NCBI GenBank assembly: GCA_028534125.1
Contig: CM052817.1
Location: 74,526,001-74,590,000, forward strand
Source: Lama glama
Lineage: Eukaryota
DNA length: 64,000 nt
Direction of reading: 5' to 3'
Shown here: positions 14,040 to 26,810 of the stretch, piece by piece
Position numbering within the stretch: position 1 is the stretch's first letter
Layout of the letters: every line of letters begins with the position of its first letter
The notes under the pieces: generated by a model
Told to the model about the DNA's origin: nothing
The model's database searches: none
Seen by the model: only the letters and a program-made list of their open reading frames with translations
Made by a program: the position numbers and the translations under genes

Positions 14040-14790
14040 TGACTTTTAATCAGAGAGGTCATTACAGAGTTTTGAGAGAAGAGTGATGTGTTATGATTTA
14101 TAATTTTTAAAGTTTCCTCTAGCTGCCATATTAGACCAGCCTATAGGAGGGCAAGAGTGGGAGCTGTCTGGGGTCTACTACTGTTACCCAGGCCAGAAAC
14201 GATGGTGTGAACTAAGTAGTAGGAGGGAAGTGGTGAGAGGTTGTTGGATTATGACCCTTTCAGTTTGAAGAAAATTTGTCTCCACTTTTTTCTTCCTTTT
14301 CTTTTTAATTTTTTTTCTTGTTCTAGGACTTTTATTATGTTGATATAAGTATATATATATCTGTCCTGTCTCTTAAGTATATATTTTAATTTATTTGTCT
14401 TTTTCTACCATTTTATGAATTTTTTATTCCAACCTTGTAACTCACTAGCTCATTCGTTAGCTCTATCCCTTCTTTTACTTATCCCATTTGATATTGTGTC
14501 TTTTTTATCTCACCAATTATATCCCAAATTACTACTTACTAAATTTCTACTGCCACCTCATTTCCTGTTCCTATCCTTTGCTTAGTATTTTTCTTAAGGA
14601 ACCATTACCAGATAATGTACTGTATCTTTTTCTCTTATTTTTTTCTCCTTTATTATCTGTCTCCCATTAGAATATGAGTTCCATGAGGGCTGGGATTTTT
14701 GTCTTTCCTTTTTCCACTGCTCTATCCCCTGAACTTATTATAGTGTCTGAATACAGTAAGAGTTCAATAGATATTTTTTGAATGAGTCAG
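14040..14790. mobile_element. L2 fragments
   Basis: gagaagagtgatgtg...ccaggccagaaacgatggtg; ttagaatatgagttccatgagggc...atattttttgaatgagt (L2 3' end). Confidence 0.65.
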
Positions 14791-16399
14791 TTATGGAATA
14801 GATGGTTTAGGTAATCTTGCATTTGAGAAGGGATGTGACAGTTTCATTAGGGCAATTTTCTGCTGCACTAGCTTTTGGAAAACTAATTTATGTCTTAGGC
14901 TACCCCAGAGATTATTATTAAATCATGTGCTTGGACTTAGGGGAGGCCACATTTGGGATCTGCCTTTTATATACAGTGCTGTACAAATACACCTATGTCT
15001 GGGAAAGGTGATATAAGGAGGGTAAGCAGGAAATGTCAAATGGTGGGAAGTATAGCCGAAGACCTTATATTCTTATGCAGTCTGCTTTTGACTAGGCATA
15101 AGATTGTATAATTGTATCTTTGGCCTGGTAATTTTCCTAAATAGAGAGGAACTGGGAGTTATTTAGCCTCTGAACTAGGTGCCACTAAGGGAAGCTGGAT
15201 GGAAAAGCACTTCTTTTATTTTATCTCCCCAGTATCATTGATTTTTTTTTTTTTCATTTAATAGCTTCCATGTTGTTTTTGAAAACAGTAACACTTTTTT
15301 TTCTCTTTGCTTTGGGTATAACAAGACTGCATTGGCCAGGGGGAAGAAACAACTGATGAAGATGAATTTTTTTATTTTGGAAAATTTCCTCCACTGTACA
15401 GTCTCTTTGTTCTGATTCCCTATCACAAATTCTGTTGTAGAGAAGAGAGATTCCTTTAGAATATCTTTATAAAATCTGAGGCTGCAAAACAGCACTTTGT
15501 TTCCAAGACAATTTATATTGTGTTAACAGATCTCTTTCTCTTATAGACACACTCATAAAGGAGCACACAACGTGCATAAATCTGCATCTGTATACATCTA
15601 ACTTAAACAGACTTTTCTAATGTTATTTACCCACAAGTGAAAGCAAGGTGTTCTCCTTATGTGTTTGTTGTTGTTGCGTTTGCATTATCACTATTTCTTA
15701 TTGATTGTCAATTTGTTTTCCTCTGCTCTTGCAGTCCTAACGACTAGTGCCGTTTGGGGTCTAATTACCCAAGCCATTCCCAATTACCTTTCCAATCTAT
15801 TTTTTCTATAATGCCTAAAGCTTATGGCTCTGCCCCAAGTTGCTTGTTCAGCTTAGGTGCTTACTCAGCATATCTTCCTTTCACAAGCGCGTCACCTTCA
15901 ATGAAGTCTCATTTTCCCTACAGAATGCTTTTCATTTGCATTTACATATGTCAGCCAAATCCTGTCCTTTTGCACTTTGCATTTTGATTAAGGTTTCTTC
16001 ACCATAAAGTAGCTGTAATTTATAGGGAAGTGGTCTGAAATGCAAAGAAGAAATTAATAGGAAGACATATTTTAATGAACCATCCATTTTTCCTTTTTCA
16101 ACATTTTATTAAAATGCACAAATAATGTTTTCAGTCTAAAAGTATTATGTTATTTCATAGTAATTGAGTCTTCCCAGAGAGTATTTCTTAATTAAATGAT
16201 GCATTTTAAAATTCCTTCATTAAGAAATGGCAGTAGTATTAGAACAGCTGAATTCCCGTCTCCCCAAAGGGACAGTTAAATAGGTCCTTAGGATAAATAA
16301 ACCATATTTAACAATACTGAGGAAAAGTTACAGGAACAAGAAAGATACAGCTTTGAGTATAAGTTTAGCTTCTAGATTCTGAAAGGTGTTGTTTTTCCC

Positions 16400-17350
16400 C
16401 AGTAAGTGGGAGGGATTATGAACAAGAGCTGGAAATTTTAGAGGACTTGCTCAGAAATTGATTTATCAAGCAAATAAAATATATGTAAGGTATGGAAAAA
16501 TTCAATATCAAGAGCAATAAGCTTGTCTGCTTATATATGTATATATATAGCTTGTGTCTGTCAATCTTTATATATTTATGCAAATGTATCTATATCAAAT
16601 ACAGAATGATGTTCATTTCAAACACACATAGAATATTTACAATCATTTACAAATTGCTAATCTCCCTTAAAAGCACGAACAGTTTTCAAGAGATTAATCA
16701 TACTGGCTAGATTCCCTAACCAGAATGCACTAATATTAAACATCAGTAATAAATGATTAGCTGTAAAATCCCCTGTGTGACTAGAAACGTTTTAAAAAAT
16801 ACTGAAAAATAATCTGGTTAAAGAGGAACTCAATAATTAAATTACTAAGTTTTTAGAACCAAATAGAAGGAAAACATTGTATGTCAAAATGTATGAAAAG
16901 TATTTAATTCAGGACTTAGGAAAAGTGATACATTTCATATATTTTTCAGATACCAAAAATAATTGAAAAAATGAGATAAATATTCATTTCAAGAAGACTG
17001 AAAAAGAGCAACAGTAAACCCAAGGAAACAAGAATAAGATTTTTAAAAAAAGAATAGTTGCATGTATCAATTTCCGTCAATCAGATTGACAGACAGTTTA
17101 TAAAACTGGCAAGGGTGTTGACAAGGGACCTTCATTCACTGCTGATATGATGAAAACTGGTGAAAAGATGCTGAAGAACAATTTGGCAGTTAGTGAAGTG
17201 ACGTATATCTATGTATGTATGTGTATATATACACATATGTGAATATGTACACTGCAATTGCATCTTTAGTATAAACTGAAAACTTGAAAGTCTTGCAAAA
17301 GTACACACAGAGAATGTTCACTGCAGTGCTGTTTAGGGTAAACAGATGGA
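16400..17350 (+). mobile_element. Old L1 ORF2 remnants
   Basis: Degenerate endonuclease/ORF2-like A-rich sequence (aaacacacatagaatatttac; gaaaaagagcaacagtaaacccaagg). Confidence 0.55.
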
Positions 17351-18833
17351 AATAGTATGCTGTCTATGGCATAATAATCTTCATGTGTTTTAAAAACCAT
17401 ATAGGACAACACTACTTATTTTTTGAGAATAAATGTATTTAAATAAACATGTACAGAGTGGGTTAGATGTTGTATTAGTTAAGAGACAGGCTAAGCTGCT
17501 ATAACAAAGGGGCTCAAATATTTAGAGAAACAAATTAGATCAAAGTCTATTTTTTTCTTAAGCCAAAACTCAGAGGTAAGTAATTGCCTGCTGGCAGGTG
17601 GCTGTGCCATTAATACCTGGCTTCCAAGGTTCCTCTACATCCCCCCACCCAGCAGTAAGAATGTGCACCTTTGCAGATGTAAGGCAACTATCAGGGCTTC
17701 TCTGTCTTCCAGTAGGACCTTTCAGCATGTTTTCTCTTGTTAAGCTGCTGTCAATCTGACTGTCTGTAATGTGTTCTAATAACTGAATGACTGTCACTAA
17801 TAATCAACCAAGTATAACTCAGTTCTTCTGTATTTTCTTTCCCATGAAAACCAACATTAAAAATTGACATTTTTAATTGGCAAGACTTTGGCACATGTGA
17901 TACAATTTTGTGTACATTGATTTATTTCATTGAATTTGAAAACATGAATGCAAAACATTCATAATGCAAACACTAGAAAAAAAATCTTGCTTAGGAGTTT
18001 CTAAAATTCAGTATATTTCTTACACAAAGAGTGTCTTGGAATACTCCTTATGCGTGGTCAATCAGTATACTTCATCCTCCAACTACAGTGGGTCCTCTTG
18101 CTGACATCGATGTTTTGTCTTCATAGGACAGAACACAATTTGCATAGAATTAAAAATCCACCTGGCTGTCATAGATATGTCAGACAGCAGTGAGCACAGA
18201 AATCTCACTTCTAATAGAGGCAGAATTCTGTCTAACTGGTAACACAGCTTCTGTTGTGTCTTGGTGTAAGGATACAGTGCTTGGCTTCAAGTCCACACTG
18301 ATTCTATCATCAGTCAGTCAGTTGATTGGTGACTATTTGTCTCATCAGTGAAGGATCCAGCAGTTTGGTACTGTTCTTGTTCTGCCTCTGTATGGTGTTT
18401 AAGCAACTTATTACTGTGTCATAGGACACAAGGAAGCATATTTTAAAAAAATATATAGAAAATTAGTAGCTCAAGGAGCAGTGTTTAGAAATTTTTTAGG
18501 TTTATTTATAAGACATGGAAAATATTTTCCTGCATCACTGCATTTGATGTGCTCAGTTTAAGTTATGTAATTCACTTGGTTTTCCCCTTTGAAAGCAATA
18601 CAAGAATAATTGGCATTGACCCTGATTTTATTTATATTTGCGCCATGATTAATAGCACAAAATAGTTAGCTTTATTTTCTTTGTCGGAATAGTTTTGATA
18701 AACGGGGTTGCCTTCGTTATATGGTATGGACCTTGCTCTTCAATTTCTCTCAGTCTTAATGCTACCTCTGAACAAAATAGAAATTTATAGGTGACTGTCC
18801 AATCAGGCAAATAGATCAATAAAATAAAGATGA

Positions 18834-18835
<2 letters not shown>

Positions 18836-18865
<30 letters not shown>
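18836..18865. repeat. (CA)15 microsatellite
   Basis: Uninterrupted CA dinucleotide run. Confidence 0.97.
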
Positions 18866-18866
<1 letters not shown>

Positions 18867-20431
18867 CACAAACTTTTCTTTGATGCACTTCTTTCCAAAT
18901 ATGGGGGAAATTTCCTGATATTCTACCTGTTAGTGGGTTTGTAATGAATTTTTCTCTTTTTAATAAAAGATTTTATCGTAAAACATGTCTGAATTATTTT
19001 TCTTCAGTGAGGACTGAAGTGTGCTATTTTGCACATTAGAATAGAGAGCCATGCAAAAGGAACATGATCACTGACTTTTTTCTGCTGCAGCCTTCTTGAC
19101 AAGGCAAACTGCTCTAATATTAAGGTACTTGGAACCTGAAGTAGGCATCTGTACAGGGCACAGACCATGGTGGGCAGCCACAGGGGTGCAGTTACCAGGG
19201 AGGTTTTGTCAAATCCTTTAAAGCTGGGCACAGCCAAAGGGTGTGGCCACTCGTGGCAGGATGACTTGAATGTTTGTGAGGCTTCTCCTGTAAAGATTGT
19301 CCTTGTATCCACACGGAAAAGAGAAAGTGTTTAATGTGGGAAAGGATATAGACTATGACTTAGAAGTGTAAGTCACTGTCTTTCAGAAAAGTGTTGGGTT
19401 GGATGAAAGAGATAATGTGGTCACTAAACTGTTTGCTTCTAGTAATATTTGTTCTATTTCCATAAGCAGAAACAACTCCAAAGCCTGTGAGCAGAGAGAC
19501 AGGGCTTTAATGTCTTCGCACATAGCACTGCATTGAAATTGGCACTTTAAATGCTTATCTTAAGTATATTTATGTCAAGTGGAATAATTAGCATATGTGT
19601 ACATTTACTTGTACTTACTGTGGTTAAAAAAAGTTTTCTACATGAATGGTTTTCCCAGACATCTGGGTATGTACTCACTGCGGGTCCCCATGTTTTCTTC
19701 AGTATTTGTTAATGACAGTTCATGACAGTGCTTTCTATGATCCTTGCCTTCTAAAATTGCAGTGAACAGATTTTGAGCTCTTCCCAGGGTCTCAGTGTGT
19801 TATAACCCAGGCTTGAGTGGTGGCAGAATGGGACAGCCAGAGGCTTGAGGTCAGACAGAGCCCTGGCAGTGGGATGAGAGTTGCTGTCAGCGAGCAGTGG
19901 GAGAAGGCTGGGCAAGGGGACAGTGAGAATCAGTGATGAGCCACCCTGGGCAGCCTGCTTACAACAGGTAGAGAAGCCACATCAGGCCAACCTGGCAGGA
20001 AGCAATAGTTTGAAATTCAGGTAGATGTGATGGTGGCAGCAGGGAGTTCTGACCAGAAAGTATAGGGATTCAGCCCCAGAGAGGGATCAAACACCCAGGA
20101 AAACTGGAGAATGAGGCAGGGTCTCGGAGGATCTGGAGCTCTGAATACAGGCTGGGCCAGTCACTAATGTGGAGCATAAGACTAAACCCCCAGTGAAAGG
20201 AGAATGAAACTAGAAAATTCGCTTGGCTCCTCAAATCTTCATTATGCAAGATTAGGATTAACAAAACCAAATTTTTCAGTTTAGAATTTCGAAAATATTG
20301 AAGCTACAGGTAATAGTTTAAAGAGTTGAAGCAGCAAAGGGTAAGAGCTGATAAGCCAATCATTCTGTGGATGCTCTATGAACATCAGCCTCCTCATTCT
20401 GCTGGGACAGAGCTGGAGTCATTGCTAGCTG

Positions 20432-20470
20432 GCTATCATCTAGCCATCATCTAGCTATCATCTAGCTATC
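20432..20470. repeat. 11-bp tandem repeat (GCTATCATCTA) x3.5
   Basis: gctatcatcta gccatcatcta gctatcatcta gctatc. Confidence 0.9.
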
Positions 20471-20659
20471 CATAAAGAATTAACTATGTTTCACTTCTCC
20501 CAGAGTTCTATACCTTTTTAAAAAAATTTGAGCCCATTTTTAAGTTTTGGTAGAGTCTCTCTCCTGTTGATTGTCAGCTGTCACTTATTTTTAAGAAAAT
20601 GTGTCTGTTTTTAGCTGTTATTCCCTGATTTCTAATTTGTGTTTCCTAATTTGTCATAG

Positions 20660-20869
20660 GCAGGAAAACCAGATAATCAAGCTCTGCTGACCTGTCAACA
20701 GAAGACACTCTGGGAATTGTTCAGTGGCTCTTCGTATATCCAGAAATCTCTTAAACTGGAAGACACAAAGACAATATGTTACTCTTACAACTCTGCAGGA
20801 AAATTCTCTTCAACGCAAAATGAAATCTCAGGACGATGATGCCCCCAGTCTCCCGTATTTTGTTTGCAG
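20660..20869 (+). other. Candidate exon (probably non-coding) ending at a strong CAG|GTGAGT donor
   Basis: ttcctaatttgtcatag acceptor, 210 nt, donor CAG|GTGAGT; all three frames contain a stop. Confidence 0.35.
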
Positions 20870-22681
20870 GTGAGTCTTTCAGGCTTCTATCCAGATTTCA
20901 TTAATATTTATACTTTACCTTTTGAAGAGTTTTTTGATTCAATAACAAATGGATGCCTTGGTGTAATTCAGAACTGTTGCAAAGAGAAAGAGGCAATTAC
21001 TCTAACCTAAATATTTTTTTTCAAGAAAATTTCTTCCAGTGTGTTTAGCATCTAGGCTAGTATTAACTCATTACATCATTCATTTACCTACAGAAGTTTT
21101 ACTTGACTGATAGTAAATCTGCAATAAATGTTATTTTGAAGTTTGGAATGATAACACAAAGTTATTCAAGAGACGTATTTTGTTGTTCACATCCTACAAG
21201 TCTTTTATGTTCCAGCAAAAAAGAAACAGATGAAAATAAAACCAACAATGATCAGAATAGGGAGGTATGGAAGTAAGAATTTAAAACAATACAATTAACA
21301 GGTGTAAATCTTTTCCCTCATTTTATTTGCTTTCCCGTCCTTTCCAGTTTTTCTTATTCCTGTCATCTACTTTGCTCTTTATTCGTTTTCTTCCTCATTA
21401 TATTTTTATCTTTTTTATATCCAGTTTTCTCTTTCTTCTTTCTTTCAAATAATGCATTTCCTAAAAATGTGCTTTGTCATTTTATCTTATCCCATTCTAC
21501 CTCTTTTATATTACATTTTAGTGGGCTTTTGATTCTGTCTTTTCAAAAGCTGCATCAGGGATCAAATAAAACAAAATGCAGCAGTAGTTCAAAGATGAAA
21601 TATATTATTAAAACTGCTAGCCTCAAGGAGATATTTTACATAAATATGTCTTGCAGTCTGACCTCAAAGTCAGCCAACTGGGCATTTTGCCTGGCTGAGG
21701 GAGGCAGAGACTTGAAGGATGGGAAGGTTTTGTGGCTTTTTTCACTGCAGGCATATAGTTCTTTTAGCCCAGAGGTAGCAAAGGGAAAGGGTAGATATCA
21801 AACCATGAAGAGTAGGCTGGTGAAATTGTCGAAAATTTAAATACATATTTATATGCAGCAAGTAATTTAACTTTGATAAGTGACTCTTTGACCTTTTAAC
21901 AATTAACATTTAGTTATAGGTGCATTTAAGTCCCAGGTATATCAAACTTGTTTGTAGTTACATAAGTACCCTTATACCGTGATTCAAACCTAAAATTTCT
22001 TCTGTGGATCAGAAAAGATCTTTAATACAAAATATGTTGAAACCACTAAGTAAATTTAGATTGGAGAAAAAGTAGTCGGTGAGTATTTCAGATAACTAAG
22101 ATTTATGACCAAGGTAATTTTCTTCATGTCCTCAGTAGGAACGATCTCTACTTTGTCTGTCCAAAATAACCCTTTAAAAAATATCAGAAATGCTGCTGCT
22201 GAAGATGTTAGCAATGATGGTCCAAACTCTCTCCTCCTTTTTCTTACTCTTATTCTGGACACTACCTTGCTTTCCTGTCTTCTTAGCACCCAGCATGCAA
22301 ACAAAGCAAAAGTTGCTGTACATGATGAGAGTATGATAAATACGTGAAGAAGGCAGTGGTAATGCTATTCCCTCCAGCCTGGGTTTAGAGCACTGGTATA
22401 AAGACTTCTTTCCCAAGTCAACATTAAAAATATAAATAGAATGGCAATAGATCCTATACTGGCTCTAACACTGAGTAGCTGTGTGACCTTCAGCAAAAAT
22501 TGGTTATTAAAGGAATGGTTTCCTCATTTATAAAATGAGATGATTGTAATAGATGATTCCAAAGTTCTTTCTAAATGTAACATTCTGTGATTCTGATGCA
22601 ACAGGTAGAATGGAGAAATTAGAAGGTTGCTACCTTACTTTTTAAATTTCTAAACTCCCTTTGGAGAGTAAATTAGTACAG

Positions 22682-24200
22682 TTTCACTTCCTGAATGGTG
22701 GCATTAGGAACTCTATGGATCTGTCCTCGGGAAAACAATCATAATTGGTAAAAATTGTAAAAAACAAAACAAAACATTAAAATCTCTGGAAATTGTGCTA
22801 GGCACATGCAGAAAATGAGAAAACATTTCTTTGAAAAAAAAGAAAAGACTGAATCTTGGTAAGAAGAGCGAGTGTCTGTGGCACTTGAGCCATGACCCAC
22901 TCCTTCCCTCTCCACTGCCTCCAGGTGGGTGTGGACAACAAGGTGAGACTCAGGGTGTCCTCAGCTCCCAGTCAAGGTATGCGGTCTCATCTGAAAGGCA
23001 AGCTGCTAACTTTTCTCATTCCCTCCAACTCCAAGTTGAAGAGGCAAAATTCTGGAAAATAAAAAAGAGGCTAAGATGTTGTAGGCTCCTTTCCTTCATT
23101 CCCTTCCCGTGCATAGAGTGGAGACTCCACTCCAGGTGTGGCAAGGTGAGAACACGGGGGTTCAGATTGCCCCTGCCCACTCACAGGGTGGAGGTTCCAT
23201 GCTGGAAAAAGGATGGACGTCTAGAAGATCAGATTCAAAGAACACTATCAAGAAAGGAAAAAGACAACCCACAGAATAGGAGAAAATACTTACAAACCAC
23301 GTTTCTTTTAAGGGATTAGTATCATGTGAAGAACTCTTACAACTCAATAAAAAAGGCAGTGCAATTTAAAAATGAGCTAAAAATCTAAATAGATGTCTCC
23401 AAAGATGATATACAAATGGCCAATAAGCACATGAAATGATTTTCACCATTGTTAGCCATTAGAAAAATGCAAATCAAAACCTTCACAAAACACTTCACAA
23501 AGATACAGCAATTGTTCTCAAGTATATGTAGAAATTGGAACTCTTCGACACTTTTGGTGGGAATGCAAAATGGTATGGCCACTTTGAAAAATGGTCTGGC
23601 AGTTCCGCAAAAGTGTAAAAAGTTGTATTACCATATGATCCAGCAATTCCATTTCTAGATATATATCTGAGATAAATGAAAACATTTGTCTACACAAAAA
23701 CTTGTACAGAAATGTTTTTGGTGGCATTATTCGTAATAGCCAAAAAGTAGAAACAACCCAAATGTCCATCAACTGATGAACAGAAAAAGTGTGGTATATT
23801 TATACAACTAAACAGTATCATCAATAAAAATTCATCAATTAAAAAAGTGAAGTTTTGATACATGCTGTGCTGCAACGTGGATGAACCTCAAAAACATCAT
23901 GCTAAGTGCAAGACACCAGTCACAAAAGACTGAATATAATCATTTTTATGGATTGCCCAGAATAGACAAATCTGTAGAGACAGAAAGAAAGTTGCCTCAG
24001 GCTGAGGGAGCTGTTGGAATGAAATGGGGAGTGACTGCTAATAGATATAGGGTTTCTTTTGGGGTGATGAAAATATTCCAAAATTGACTGTTGTGATGAT
24101 TGCACAACTTTGTGAATATACTAAAAACCACTGAATTGTACACTTTAAGTGAATATTATGTGGTATGTGAATTATACCTTAATACAATCTTTATAAAAAG
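22682..24200 (+). mobile_element. Internally deleted L1MB-type element (5' UTR fused to ORF2 3' end + 3' UTR) with TSD
   Basis: 5' UTR-like start (ttcacttcctgaatggtgg...tctctggaaattgtgc), jump near 23233 to aaagacaacccacagaataggagaaaata, typical 3' UTR; GTAAATTAGTAC at 22668-22679 and 24201-24212. Confidence 0.85.
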
Positions 24201-24299
24201 GTAAATTAGTACTGTGACTAATGTGTTTAAATTATACATTGTTCCATTTTGCTGTTTGACTTTGTACTTACCTTAAAGTGTGGTTACCATACAGAATTT

Positions 24300-25470
24300 T
24301 TACTAAGTTAAAATTATCAATAGTTTTCTTTATCGTTTTTCTGTATTGTGTCTTACTTTAAAAAGGAGTTTCTTAAAGCAAAATTGGATTAAAGTTCTCC
24401 TAATTTTTGTTCTAGTAATGTCACAAGTTTTTCTTGTAAGTTTAAATCTTAGATCTATCTGGAATTATTTCTTAAAAAATCTTTTCTTTCTGATTAGAAA
24501 TTAAAACCACTTTTGCCACCTTGTGCCACCTTTTTCACATACTACCTGCTGACATTTATTTAGGACTATCTATTTCTGAAACTCTCCATCTAATTATGAA
24601 ACTACAGTACATTCTTTTTAATGATTATAGCTGCCAAATGAATTTTAGTGGTGAGTAATTATTGTCATAAATTGCCTCATTTCTAACATTTCAGAATTTT
24701 CATGGATTTCCTGGAGTGCTTATTTTCAGTGTAAACTTTTAAATCAGTTAATCTAGTTTCAAAAATGGATATGAAATAGTCTTTTGTTATTTTTAGAGTC
24801 ATATAAAATATGTAGGTTCATAGTTTAGACATCTTTAAAATACTGAGTGTTCATATATAATCAGAAATATCTTTTTATTTATTCAAGTTTTATTTTATGT
24901 CTCTTGGGGTTTTAAAATTATCCTCATATGGAATTGATACATTGTTAAGTTTGTTTCTAGGTTCTGTTTGTTCTCTCTTGTTTTTGGTGGCTTATACATG
25001 GGATTTCTCCCCATTTTTTTTTTCTGTGAAGTTATTTGTAAACAGAGAAGTTTGACTTCTATATATTAACAACTAGATAATTTATTTTTTTATTAATTTT
25101 ACTTGATTCTCTTGGAGTTTCTAGTTGTAAAAATAATAAAACTTTCATTTCTTCCATAAGTTTTTATGCTTATTTTTCCTTTCACTTCTCTAATTACATT
25201 GGCTGTTACATCCAGAAAAAAAATCTTAAAAAATACTGGTGAAGACGTGGGCAACCTTGTGTTGCACATTAATGGGAATGCTTTTAGTGTTCATTCAGTA
25301 AGCATTAATATCAACTTGTCTTGAAGACATATGTTTTATTTCATAAAGAAAGTATCCACCTACGTCACAGTTTCATTAAGAATTTCTAACAGGAATCAAG
25401 ATAACTGCAGTTTATTAAAATCTTTTTGATATCAAGGGTCTGGCTATGTTGTTCTTCCTTTGACCTATTT
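24300..25470 (-). mobile_element. Old L1 (L1ME-like) ORF2 remnant
   Basis: Antisense L1 phrases (gggcaaccttgtgttg...aatgggaatgctttt; aaagaaagtatccacct). Confidence 0.55.
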
Positions 25471-25960
25471 GTCAGTTGTAGGCAACAGATATCACCCTAG
25501 CTAGTTAAAGGAGAAAAGGAGTTTGCACCTGATATTTCATGGCTTTTAAAATCTTTTAAAGAGCTGGAGTAGCTAACTCTAGGTTGGGCTTCTGAGTGCA
25601 GCCCCAGACCTCAGCAGCAGACCCACTGCGCTCAGGTGGAAAGCAGTTTGTTGTTGCCTTTCAGCCGAAGTTGTTGAGTCAGGAAGTTGTGTCCATGGGT
25701 CCACAAAGCCCTACCTTGATCTATAGCAAAGCAGATTCTCACTCCTTGCCTCTCCTCCTGCTTAATTCAGTTCCAAATTCAATGTCAGAGTCTGATTTGT
25801 GTGTCTGATTGGCAGAACCTAAATTATGCCCAGCTTCCCAGATACAAGTGTGACTGGGAAATAGAGATTTTAGACTTCCAGCCTTTAAAGTACAAGGGAG
25901 CGTGCCCCAGGGGGGCTTAAATGGTCATTGAGAGAAGCCGTCTACAAAACCTGCCACACA
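25470..25960 (-). mobile_element. Old MaLR LTR (MLT1, late-letter subfamily)
   Basis: cagttgtaggcaacaga...ctagctagttaaagg; tctgattggcagaacctaaattatgcccag; ends gccaca. Confidence 0.6.
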
Positions 25961-26324
25961 CTGTTGTTTGTAATATTAAAAGCTTTTCTTTTTTTTCTTC
26001 AAATTTTTAATAATCTTCTGAGGGATACAGAAAATTATACAGAACAATGTGAGACAGTACAACTAAGTAGCCATATAACCACCTAGCATCTGTCTCTGTC
26101 TGGACTAACTGTTGCTAGCCCTGAATTCTGTATGTGCCCAAATGCCAGTACCTGCAGAAATCCTTCTGTTGACTTGTTTTGGTAACCACTTTTCTGCCTG
26201 ACTCTTCCATGGTAGCAGCCTGGGACCCCTGAGACCCACTAGGCCCCCTGCCCTCTGGTGCTCAGGGGCAGGAACCCGCCCCTACCCTCAGCCAGTCTTT
26301 CTGTGTTAGAGAGGAAGTTGATGT

Positions 26325-26810
26325 TATCACCTGTCTTTTTGAGATTTGCCCTTCCAACAGATGTGGGATGAAATCTCTTTGTGGTTTTGATTTGCATTTC
26401 CCTAATAATTAGTGATGTTAAACATCTTTTCATGTGCCTGTTGACCACCTATATGTCTTCTTTGAAAAAAAATGTCCCTTCAGACCTTCTGCCCATATTT
26501 AAATCAGGTTGGTTGTTTTTTTGTTGCTGAGTTGTTTGAGTTTAGATTAAATTTCTGAAAGTGAAATTGTTGAGTCAAATATATGTAATTTTTAATTTTT
26601 ATAGATATTGCCAAATTTTACTCCAAAAAATTGTATTAATTTAATGTCCCATTAGTAGTGTATAAATGTATTCTCCCCACACCCTCATTAACACTGAATA
26701 TAATAAAATTTAGAAATACTTCATACTACCCTAGTAGTTTTGAAATACTATTTTATTGTAGTTTTATTTGCATTTTCCAAATTGTGTGTAAAACTGAGCA
26801 GCTTTTCCTA
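26325..26810 (-). mobile_element. L1 ORF2 C-terminal fragments
   Basis: ORF 26239-26448 begins MVNRHMKRCLTSLIIREMQIKTT, an L1 ORF2 C-terminal motif. Confidence 0.8.

Noticed and set aside
19004..19312. 102-aa minus-strand ORF
   Set aside because: Non-ATG start, no recognisable homology or convincing splice context.
20660..20869. One frame of the 210-nt candidate exon has a single TGA in a Cys-TGA context (KLC*PVN), suggesting selenocysteine
   Set aside because: The peptide resembles no selenoprotein I know, there is no SECIS evidence, and chance explains it adequately.
22056..22416. Overlapping ~80-aa ORFs on both strands
   Set aside because: No recognisable domain or consistent exon structure; expected by chance.
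22831..23319. 162-aa ORF
   Set aside because: Runs through L1 5' UTR-derived sequence; not a gene.
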